From IMG/VR virus record IMGVR_UViG_2802429219_000005: a DNA stretch of 19,033 nt; one strand, 5' to 3'. Made by a program: the position numbers and the translations under genes. Below, one piece after another: positions 8,240-15,284 of this stretch (position 1 is its first letter; every line of letters begins with the position of its first letter). The DNA comes from a virus (lineage: Duplodnaviria; Heunggongvirae; Uroviricota; Caudoviricetes). The notes beneath the pieces are model-generated. The model was not told the origin of the DNA and made no database searches. It worked only from the letters and a program-made list of their open reading frames with translations.

Positions 8240-8597
8240 TAATGATTTTGACCGGGCTATGGCAAAAGCTGATCACGAGATACTCAGGGCGATGGGGCGT
8301 GAGTTTCATATTCAGGCCGGTGGGCGTTTTGTCCATATCTGGGGCGTACTGGATGAGACTGAGTCTGATGTTCTCCTGAAAAAAGGAGGAGGGATGATTC
8401 ATGATGTCGCTCCACGGTTGTTTGTTTGCACCCGTGATATCGAAGGTGTATCCAGGAAAAGTCGGGTTGAGTGTGATGGTGTTGTTTACTGGGTGGTAAG
8501 TATTGGCCCGGACGACAATGGTTTCTGTTATCTGACGCTGGCGCGTGGGGAACCGGGTACGTCACTGCCGGTTATTGACGGGTGGAGTAAAAAATAA
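8223..8597 (+). CDS. FII: head-tail connector protein, lambda FII-like
   Basis: 124 aa from ATG 8223 (GAGG at 8213-8216). SDNDFDRAMAKADHEILRAMG...VHIWGVLDE...PRLFVCTRD...VVYWVVSIGPDDNGFCYLTLARGEP parallels recalled lambda FII (ADFDNLFDAAIARADETIRGYMG...PSLFVRTDE...FWVDRVSPDDGGSCHLWLGRG). Confidence 0.8.
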   Translation: MLSMSDNDFDRAMAKADHEILRAMGREFHIQAGGRFVHIWGVLDETESDVLLKKGGGMIHDVAPRLFVCTRDIEGVSRKSRVECDGVVYWVVSIGPDDNGFCYLTLARGEPGTSLPVIDGWSKK

Positions 8598-8618
8598 ACT
8601 TCATAAGGAGATATCGCA

Positions 8619-9302
8619 ATGGCGCGGGCATCACGCATCCGGCAAAATCTGTTGTTTGATATCGACGTCGAAGAATTGCGGGATATTGCGGCGCTGGCTG
8701 GCGCAACGCAGCACCAGTTTCGTCTGGCCTATTCCCGCGCACTGAAGCGAACGGCATCAAAAATGCGCATGAAGGCGCTTGCGGAACTGAAAACCGGCCT
8801 GGCTCCCCGCAAAATGGACATGCTGCGCAGGCGTCTTTTTTTCACTCGCATTACCCGGGGTAATGCAATGGATGAAGCCCGTTTCTGGTTTGGTCTTAAT
8901 GCGATCAAGATAAAGGATCTACGCGGACGCATTCGTGGACGACGTGTTCGTCATCATGATCTCCGTGACCCGGTAACCGGGCGGTTTATCAAAGAGAATC
9001 GTGTCAGACGGCGTCGCCGCAAAGCCAGCGATCCGGTTTTTGAACCCAACGGTTCGTTTTTATCTCCCACCGCATATGAAAACGGGCTGGTGATACGTAG
9101 CCGCAAAGAGAACCGACGAACAATCATCATCAAAAATCCGGAAACCGGGCGCGTCCGGGAGGCTGAAGCCGGTATTTATGCCCGTACAATGGATTATGTT
9201 GAAGATGTGGCTTTTGCAGAATGTCTGGAAATTTTTATGAAAGAGTTCGAATCGGACATCCGGCGACGTGCGAAGTACGGCATTACCGTGACCCCCCGAT
9301 AA
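8619..9302 (+). CDS. arginine-rich structural protein, putative tail completion protein (lambda gpZ-like by position and composition)
   Basis: 227 aa, SD AAGGAG at 8605-8610. Very basic with an RRRRRK run (KENRVRRRRRKASDP) reminiscent of the RRRRRKK stretch in lambda Z as recalled. Sits directly after FII, where Z lies in lambda. Function is positional/compositional inference only. Confidence 0.5.
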   Translation: MARASRIRQNLLFDIDVEELRDIAALAGATQHQFRLAYSRALKRTASKMRMKALAELKTGLAPRKMDMLRRRLFFTRITRGNAMDEARFWFGLNAIKIKDLRGRIRGRRVRHHDLRDPVTGRFIKENRVRRRRRKASDPVFEPNGSFLSPTAYENGLVIRSRKENRRTIIIKNPETGRVREAEAGIYARTMDYVEDVAFAECLEIFMKEFESDIRRRAKYGITVTPR

Positions 9303-9318
9303 AAAACGTGAGGACACA

Positions 9319-9882
9319 ATGGCTGAACCCTTATGCATGGCATCCTGGCACGCTGCTGTGCTGGGTGCCCTGAAAGAACTTAAATGGATCAGGGATGCGG
9401 ATACCTACCCTGAACGGGTTACGCAACTGGTCACTCCGGCGGTGTTTCTGGCGGTCGATGGCTGGGATGCGAAAAACAATGCAGACGGACAGATGACGGT
9501 GGTGTTGTCTGCTGCGCTGTGGGTGCTGGTTGATCGTGCCGGTGAGCCGGAGAACGAAAAAAAGGAAGTGGCTGCAAAGCCGGATATTTTTATCCGTTCG
9601 GCAGCCGCCGATCTGACGCACTGGCTCGACGGACAGACGTTCGGGCTGGCAAATGTGGAGCCTGCCATTTTTATATCAGCGGACGCAGATGAAACCGATC
9701 CGCGCCTGGATGATTATCTGGTCTGGCAGATTTCATTTAACCAGACGGTGACGTTTGGTATGGATCTCTTTGCCACGGATAACCTGCCGCTACAGCGGGC
9801 CTGGCTGGGTGTTGCACCGGAGATCGGGCGACAGCATGTGGATGATTACCGGCTGATTTTTGAGAGAAAGCCACGTGAATGA
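9319..9882 (+). CDS. putative tail terminator protein (lambda gpU-like)
   Basis: 187 aa, SD GAGGA at 9308-9312. N-terminal motifs HAAVLGAL and PAVFLAVDG, 28 residues apart, parallel AAVLDAL and PAVAVYLTG (29 apart) in recalled lambda U. Stop overlaps the start of the spike gene (GTGAATGA). Moderate confidence in the family assignment. Confidence 0.55.
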   Translation: MAEPLCMASWHAAVLGALKELKWIRDADTYPERVTQLVTPAVFLAVDGWDAKNNADGQMTVVLSAALWVLVDRAGEPENEKKEVAAKPDIFIRSAAADLTHWLDGQTFGLANVEPAIFISADADETDPRLDDYLVWQISFNQTVTFGMDLFATDNLPLQRAWLGVAPEIGRQHVDDYRLIFERKPRE

Positions 9883-10495
9883 GGTTCTGGGGGATTTACA
9901 GCGCCGCCTGGCAAATATGGTCCGGCGCGGGGTGATCCACTCGGTGCGGCTGGACGGTGGTTTTCCGGAATGCCGCGTGGATCTGGGGGATATTGTGACC
10001 ACCTGGCTGCCATTATGTCAGGGGTTTGCCGGAAAAAACAGGGCAGATTTTGAGCCGTTTGCTGTGGGTGATGCGGTTACGGTGCTGTCAGAGGCCGGGG
10101 AGCTGAATAACGGTCGTGTTTTTCCCGGCTGGAATACCGGTGAGGCACCGGCTCCGCAGGGCAGCGACAGTGAGCACATCACCCGTTACGGAGATGGTAC
10201 TGAAATTTGCTATAACCGGGAGACGCACTCACTGACCATTATTCTGGCGGAAGGGGGCACCTATGCCATTACCGGGAATGGTGTACTGGACGGAAACGTC
10301 ATGATTTCAGAAAACCTGATCGTGAACGGACGCACGATGGTTGAAGGTGAAGTGGTGGTGAAAAGTGATTTTTATGCAAAAGGAGAGGTGACGGATAAAT
10401 CCGGCAGTATGAGCCGGATCCGGGAAACGTTTAATGGACACGACCATCCCGGAGACAGTGGGGGAACCACGAAAGTACCGAATCAGAAAATGTGA
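9875..10495 (+). CDS. baseplate central spike / assembly protein, P2 gpV-like (Mu gp45-like)
   Basis: About 206 aa from GTG 9875. N-terminus (M)NEVLGDLQRRLANMVRRGVIHSV and C-terminal GHDHPGDSGGTT resemble recalled P2 gpV (LARALRNMIRTGII...HxHPGDSGGTT tip motif). The ORF track uses an upstream TTG at 9860. Confidence 0.85.
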   Translation: MNEVLGDLQRRLANMVRRGVIHSVRLDGGFPECRVDLGDIVTTWLPLCQGFAGKNRADFEPFAVGDAVTVLSEAGELNNGRVFPGWNTGEAPAPQGSDSEHITRYGDGTEICYNRETHSLTIILAEGGTYAITGNGVLDGNVMISENLIVNGRTMVEGEVVVKSDFYAKGEVTDKSGSMSRIRETFNGHDHPGDSGGTTKVPNQKM

Positions 10496-10516
10496 CCTGC
10501 TGCGGCAGGTTTTTTT
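10495..10516 (+). terminator. rho-independent terminator-like hairpin between spike gene and sheath gene
   Basis: ACCTGC (10495-10500), loop TGCG, GCAGGT (10505-10510), followed by a 7-T run ending at 10516. The stem begins at the last base of the V stop codon. Confidence 0.6.
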
Positions 10517-10533
10517 ATGTCCGGAGAATGCAA

Positions 10534-12003
10534 ATGGGGCAATTACATGGTGTGGAAACCATCGAGCTGACAGCAGGCACGGTGGCGGTAACCACAATAG
10601 AGACAGCCATTATTGGGGTGGTGGGAACCGCGCCGCAGGCTGCCGGGGCTGTGGCAGCAACACTGACAGCGGGAACGCCGTTGCTGGGTAACGAGCTGAC
10701 CTTTACGGCAAAAGCGGCGGGGCGGAGCGGAAATACCATTACCGTTATTGCTGAACAGGCTTTACAGGCAGCAAAAGAAAAAAGTGCGGGTGCGGTCCCC
10801 ACGTCAGCAAAATGGGAAAACGGAAGCCTGTTGATTTGGCTTGGATGCAGTGAAGAGGGGGCCGGTAATGCCACCGTCAGCGATGTTGTGACGGCAGTGA
10901 ATGGCGTGGCTGGGGTCGGGGTGAGTGCCACCGGCAGCGGTGACGGTATTGTGTCGCCGTTTTCCGGCACACTGAGTGGCGGTGAAGATGAACCGTTTCC
11001 GCTGAACACGCCAGTGGCGATGGCGGGAACAACGGCGCTTTCACGTCTGGGGCTCACCGGAACACTGAAGCAGGCGCTGACGGAGATTAACGACCAGCGT
11101 AACGCGCTGTCGGTGATCGTCCGGGTGGAAGAAAAAACGAAGCCGGAAGAGCAGCGTGCTGCCATTCTTGCGGGGATCAGCATGCTGTCATCGGCAAAAT
11201 CCGTCACCACGTATCAGCCACGTATTGTGATTGCACCAGGATTCAGTGAAGACGATGCGGTAGGTAAGGCACTGGAAACTGTGGCCGGAAAACTGCGGGC
11301 AGTGGCGTACGTGGATTGTGCTGCGGGCGCGACACTGCAGGAAGTGGTGCAGCGTCGTCAGTCTTACGGTGCCCGGACTGAACTACTGCGCCCGCGTGTG
11401 CAGGTCAGTAATGCAGAGGGGCAACTGGTGTATCGCCCGTATTCGGCGTTTGCTGCCGGACTGCGTGCCCGTATTGACTATGAAAAAGGGTGGTGGTGGA
11501 GCAAATCAAACCAGGAGGTTTACAACATCCTCGGTGTTGAGCAGGTGGATGAATTTATCCTCGGTGAGCGTAACTGCGATGCCAACCTGCTTAATATGCA
11601 GAATGTCTCCACCCTGATCCGCCGCGCCGGATTTAAACACTGGGGAAACCGGCTGTGCTCGTCCCATCCTCAGTGGCATTTCGAGTCCGTCCGCCGTACT
11701 GCGGATGTGATTGAAGACAGTATTCAGGAAGCGATGCTGGCATATGTTGACCGCCCGCTTGATCGTCAGAATGCGGACGACATCATTGGCACCATTAATG
11801 CGTATATGCGCCGTCTGGTGGCAGAAGGTGCCATCTTCGGGGGGCGGGCATGGCTGGATCCGGAACTGAATACCGCCGAAACGCTGGCAGCCGGTGAACT
11901 GTACATCAACTATGACTTCGGTCCCAAATCGCCGACTGAACTTATCAGCATGCGGGTGAGCGTCAACAACGAATACGGCATTAAGGAGATGAAGGCAACA
12001 TGA
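10534..12003 (+). CDS. contractile tail sheath protein (P2 FI / Mu L-like) with an extra N-proximal Ala/Gly/Thr-rich region
   Basis: About 489 aa from ATG 10534 (GGAG at 10523-10526). LHGVETIEL near the N-terminus and NVSTLIRRAGFKHWGNR, AGELYINYDFGP in the C-terminal half are typical of P2-type sheath proteins. Roughly 100 aa longer than P2 FI as recalled. Confidence 0.88.
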   Translation: MGQLHGVETIELTAGTVAVTTIETAIIGVVGTAPQAAGAVAATLTAGTPLLGNELTFTAKAAGRSGNTITVIAEQALQAAKEKSAGAVPTSAKWENGSLLIWLGCSEEGAGNATVSDVVTAVNGVAGVGVSATGSGDGIVSPFSGTLSGGEDEPFPLNTPVAMAGTTALSRLGLTGTLKQALTEINDQRNALSVIVRVEEKTKPEEQRAAILAGISMLSSAKSVTTYQPRIVIAPGFSEDDAVGKALETVAGKLRAVAYVDCAAGATLQEVVQRRQSYGARTELLRPRVQVSNAEGQLVYRPYSAFAAGLRARIDYEKGWWWSKSNQEVYNILGVEQVDEFILGERNCDANLLNMQNVSTLIRRAGFKHWGNRLCSSHPQWHFESVRRTADVIEDSIQEAMLAYVDRPLDRQNADDIIGTINAYMRRLVAEGAIFGGRAWLDPELNTAETLAAGELYINYDFGPKSPTELISMRVSVNNEYGIKEMKAT

Positions 12004-12506
12004 GCAGTAAAAACACATTACGGGCCTGGACTTTTTTCCGCCAGGGGATCCGTATTCAGGGAGCGCATGAGTTCACGCCACCCACGCTGTCCATAACCAC
12101 CACCGATTTACGCACCGGGGCACAGGATGCGCCCACGCCGGTTGACGACGGCATGGAGGCGCTGACCTGCCAGATTAAATTCTATGGTCTGGATACAGAC
12201 ATGCTGTCCAGTCTCGGATTTGTCAGTGGCAGCCGCTCCCGCTTCACGGCCTATCAGGGCTATCTGGCAAACGGCACCGCGCTGGGGACCACCGAAGAAA
12301 TCGAAGGTTTTGTGAAAACGGTGACGCCGGATGCGCGCGGAAACAGCGGGCTGTCAGAAAATGCGGTGACAGTGGAAATCGCGGTGAATTATTACCGTCA
12401 GACGCTGGAGGGGATCGAACTCATTATGATTGATACCGAGCGTTTTGAGCGTCGGATCAACGGCGTGAATGTTCTCGCCGGCCTGTCGGCAAAAGTGCGT
12501 CTCTGA
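12000..12506 (+). CDS. tail tube protein (P2 FII / Mu M-like)
   Basis: 168 aa. Start overlaps the sheath stop (ATGA). Size and position immediately after the sheath gene are canonical for contractile-tail tube proteins; assignment is by synteny, with no specific motif match recalled. Confidence 0.8.
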   Translation: MSSKNTLRAWTFFRQGIRIQGAHEFTPPTLSITTTDLRTGAQDAPTPVDDGMEALTCQIKFYGLDTDMLSSLGFVSGSRSRFTAYQGYLANGTALGTTEEIEGFVKTVTPDARGNSGLSENAVTVEIAVNYYRQTLEGIELIMIDTERFERRINGVNVLAGLSAKVRL

Positions 12507-12522
12507 GCACTGATTAACGCAT

Positions 12523-12546
12523 AACGGCCTGCGGGCCGTTTTTTTT
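12523..12546 (+). terminator. rho-independent terminator-like hairpin after the tube gene
   Basis: AACGGCC (12523-12529), loop TGCG, GGCCGTT (12534-12540), followed by TTTTTT (12541-12546). Immediately precedes the chaperone SD AAGGAG. Confidence 0.65.
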
Positions 12547-12558
12547 AAGGAGCAGATT

Positions 12559-12858
12559 ATGAATATTCCGGGTGAAACCCGCACCATCACACTGTACACA
12601 CCTGTCACTCTGGGGGGCGGGGCTGTGCTGGAACACATCACCATGCGCGAACCGCTGGTGCGCGATCGCATTGCCTTCACCAAAGACCGGGGAACAGAGG
12701 AGGAAAAAGAGGCGCGTATGATTGCGCAGCTTTGTAATCTGAGTGAGCAGGATATCTGGCTGCTGACCGCAGCGGATTATGCCCAGCTGACGGATGCCTT
12801 TAATGTTTTTATGCTGCCACCCGGGAAGCGACCGAAACCGAAATCTTCAGAGGGTTAA
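12559..12858 (+). CDS. tail assembly chaperone (P2 gpE / lambda gpG analogue)
   Basis: 99 aa, SD AAGGAG upstream of ATG 12559. Small acidic protein between the tube and tape measure genes, the conserved position of frameshifting tail chaperones. Confidence 0.75.
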   Translation: MNIPGETRTITLYTPVTLGGGAVLEHITMREPLVRDRIAFTKDRGTEEEKEARMIAQLCNLSEQDIWLLTAADYAQLTDAFNVFMLPPGKRPKPKSSEG

Positions 12859-12986
12859 GGTTTCTCGGGCGGCGGCTGCATTTTCCTCTTTCCGATTATC
12901 TGTCCATGCCGTTCAGTGTGTTTACGGCATTTTTACTGGATGAAGTGGAGGCGGTAAAACGTGGGAAGCGTAAGTCAGAATCTTAA
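12559..12986 (+). CDS. putative -1 frameshift extended chaperone (P2 E+E' / lambda GT analogue); slip predicted at the T-run 12806-12810
   Basis: The -1 frame opens at 12804 (after TAA 12801-12803) and runs to TAA 12984-12986, overlapping the tape measure start. It reads CFYAATREATETEIFRGLRFLGRRLHFPLSDYLSMPFSVFTAFLLDEVEAVKRGKRKSES. Predicted fusion is about 142 aa, the size of P2 E+E' as recalled. No canonical X_XXY_YYZ heptamer, so only single-tRNA slippage on UUU is possible. Confidence 0.45.
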
Positions 12987-14610
12987 GGCCACCGTGTCGT
13001 TCGGGGGCAAACTGGACAGTTCGTGGCGTCGTTCGGCGACGGATCTGCGAAAAAATCTGCAGGATGTGGAGCAGCAGGCTGCGCGTTTGCGTAAGGAGCA
13101 GGCAGAGCTGGCAGCAGAAATGAAGCGGGCGGCGCTGGCAGGGAAACGTTTTAAGTCGATGGAGGATGAATACGCCCGGCTCACTGCTGAAATTAAGAAA
13201 GCGGATGCGGCCCAGAAAAAACTGAACCGGAGCCTTGAGCGTCGCGATCGGCTCGGACGTTTTATGGGGAAGGGAAAAAGTCTGCTTGCCGGAACCGGCA
13301 AATTTGCCTGGAATGCCGGTCTGGCGATGGGGGGCGGTGCCGTGACCACGGCACTTGGTGCGCTGATTGCTCCGGCAGCCATGAATGCGCAGACGGCTGA
13401 AACGGCGGGTAAAGCGACTGCGTATGGCGTGGATACCCGTACGTACATGAATTGGGACGCCCTGGCAAAACAGTACGATATGACCGGCGATAATATCGGA
13501 GATCTGTTTGAGGAATACCTGCATAAGGCCGGGGAATATAAACAAAATGGCAAGCAGAGTTCGCTTTCTGACGCCTTTGAAACGCTGGGATTTAAGGAGG
13601 GCGATCTTGCCGGACTGAGTGATTCGTCGCAGTTCGAAAAAATTATCGACAGGGCGCTGTCTCTGGAAGATGAATCAAAGGCATCTTTTGCGCTGGATGC
13701 ATTGTTTGGTGGTGAAGCCAGTAAACTGCTGATGCTGATCAAACGTTCAGGAAAAAGTTTTCAGGAACTGCTGGCTGAGCAGGATAAATATAATCTGGTG
13801 ACAAAAGAGGGGGTGGCTGGCGCACTTGCCGGAAACAAGGCTGTTTCTGATTTGCAGCAGGTTTTTTCTTCTGCGGTTGCAGAAATTTCCGGACAACTGG
13901 GCGCAGAGCTGGCTCCCGCTATACAACAGACAGCGGGTGACCTGGCAGAGTGGTTTAAAGGTGGAGGCATTAAAAAGGTTGTGTCTTTTCTGAGGGACAC
14001 CCTGTATCCGGCAGCCCTGAAGTTTGGCGAAGGCGTCATTTTTGTCGGAAAAATCATTTTTGCAGCAGCCAAAAAGCTCTCCTGGTTGTTACCGGATGAA
14101 CAGGGCGATCAGAAGCAGATTCTGGAGTATGTCGGGCGTGGTGACATGACCGCTGCCCGGACAGTGGCCCGGAACAGCGGGCAGGATGCGTGGCTTGACG
14201 GGCAACTGAAAAATAATCCCGATTTTGAAAAGAGTGTCCGTGAAAAATACAACGCCGCGAAGGGCTTTATGGGCATTGTGGATACGGATGCGTTTCATGA
14301 ATCGGTGAACAGTTACCTCACGCCGGAAAAAACGTTCGATTTTTCGCTGCCGGCAGGATCCGCCGGAAAACAGGATGATCCTTTTGCCAGTGCGGGGGCA
14401 TGGCAGGCTGCCGTGCAGGCTATTCCTGTTGAGGGCGGACAGTCCGGCGCACAGCTGAATGACAACAGTGTGAAGAATTATAACTTCAACATTGTTGCGC
14501 AGCCCGGACAGAGCGAACAGGGTATTGCGGACGCCATTGCCGGAATGACGAAAAACAACCCGGCCTTCAGTGGTAATAATGCGTTGTGGGATGGAGGAAG
14601 TGTCTGGTGA
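12961..14610 (+). CDS. tail tape measure protein
   Basis: 549 aa, GTG start with GGAGG at 12946-12950. Coiled-coil-like N-terminus (LRKNLQDVEQQAARLRKEQAELAAEMKRAAL), Gly/Ala-rich central region, and position after the chaperone. Confidence 0.85.
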   Translation: MGSVSQNLKATVSFGGKLDSSWRRSATDLRKNLQDVEQQAARLRKEQAELAAEMKRAALAGKRFKSMEDEYARLTAEIKKADAAQKKLNRSLERRDRLGRFMGKGKSLLAGTGKFAWNAGLAMGGGAVTTALGALIAPAAMNAQTAETAGKATAYGVDTRTYMNWDALAKQYDMTGDNIGDLFEEYLHKAGEYKQNGKQSSLSDAFETLGFKEGDLAGLSDSSQFEKIIDRALSLEDESKASFALDALFGGEASKLLMLIKRSGKSFQELLAEQDKYNLVTKEGVAGALAGNKAVSDLQQVFSSAVAEISGQLGAELAPAIQQTAGDLAEWFKGGGIKKVVSFLRDTLYPAALKFGEGVIFVGKIIFAAAKKLSWLLPDEQGDQKQILEYVGRGDMTAARTVARNSGQDAWLDGQLKNNPDFEKSVREKYNAAKGFMGIVDTDAFHESVNSYLTPEKTFDFSLPAGSAGKQDDPFASAGAWQAAVQAIPVEGGQSGAQLNDNSVKNYNFNIVAQPGQSEQGIADAIAGMTKNNPAFSGNNALWDGGSVW

Positions 14611-15086
14611 GTGTGGGTTCGGTTATTGCTCTCGCTGAAGACAGCCTTCAGCGTTACAACAGTTATCTCCGTGGTGCTGCAGATGCCAGAGTCATGCTGA
14701 TGCTGGGGGATTTCGCCTTTTCCGTGGATACCACGGCATATAACCAGCTGACCCGTGAGGCCGGGTGGACCTGGAGCGAGCAGTCGCGTATCGGGCAGCA
14801 GAGTCTGCTGCAGTACACCGGGAAAAACGGGCGAACCGTCCGCCTTGAAGGGGAATCGCACGCCTTTTTGGGGAAGTCAGGGACGGAGGCGGTGAACACG
14901 CTGTATGACCTGGCAAATAAGGCTGAGCCGCAACTGCTGGTCAGTGGAGAAGGTGATGTGCTGGGATGGTGGGTGGTGGAGCGTTTTTCTGATTCCACCG
15001 ACTGCTTTTTACCTGGTGGTGGGCACCGTAACAAAAAGTGGAGTCTGGAGCTGAAACATTATGCCGACGATCTGGATAACCCGTGA
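14607..15086 (+). CDS. tail protein, P2 gpU-like
   Basis: About 159 aa from GTG 14607 (GGAGGAAG at 14593-14600); the ORF track uses GTG 14586. MLMLGDFAFSVDTTAYNQLTREAGWTWSEQSRIGQQSLLQYTGKNGRTVRLEG fits the P2 gpU family pattern as recalled. Overlaps the tape measure stop. Confidence 0.75.
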   Translation: MSVGSVIALAEDSLQRYNSYLRGAADARVMLMLGDFAFSVDTTAYNQLTREAGWTWSEQSRIGQQSLLQYTGKNGRTVRLEGESHAFLGKSGTEAVNTLYDLANKAEPQLLVSGEGDVLGWWVVERFSDSTDCFLPGGGHRNKKWSLELKHYADDLDNP

Positions 15087-15276
15087 CGGGGATGTGCTTG
15101 ATGCGATTTGCGCCACGCATTACGGCACGGAAAATCTGTCTGCCGTGCTCACTCTTGTGCTGGAGGCCAATCAGGGGTTGGCAGAGAAGGGCGCGGTTTA
15201 TCCGGCGGGGATCCGGATTGTGTTGCCTGAAATCACACAACAGGTGTCTGAGTCGCCATACAGCCTGTGGGATTAA
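15061..15276 (+). CDS. tail protein X, P2 gpX-like (LysM-like)
   Basis: 71 aa. GDVLDAICATHYG...VLEANQGLAEKGAVYPAGIRIVLPEI resembles recalled P2 X (GDTLDAICVRYYG...VLAANPGLAELGAV). U-X-D order matches R-type pyocin clusters. Confidence 0.75.
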   Translation: MPTIWITRDGDVLDAICATHYGTENLSAVLTLVLEANQGLAEKGAVYPAGIRIVLPEITQQVSESPYSLWD

Positions 15277-15284
15277 GGGAGGAG

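Noticed and set aside
10515-11210. 231-aa minus-strand ORF
   Set aside because: Antisense to the sheath gene's Ala/Gly/Thr-rich region; a repetitive low-complexity artefact.
12975-13742. 255-aa minus-strand ORF
   Set aside because: Antisense to the tape measure gene; Ser/Ala/Arg-rich low-complexity translation; no independent support.
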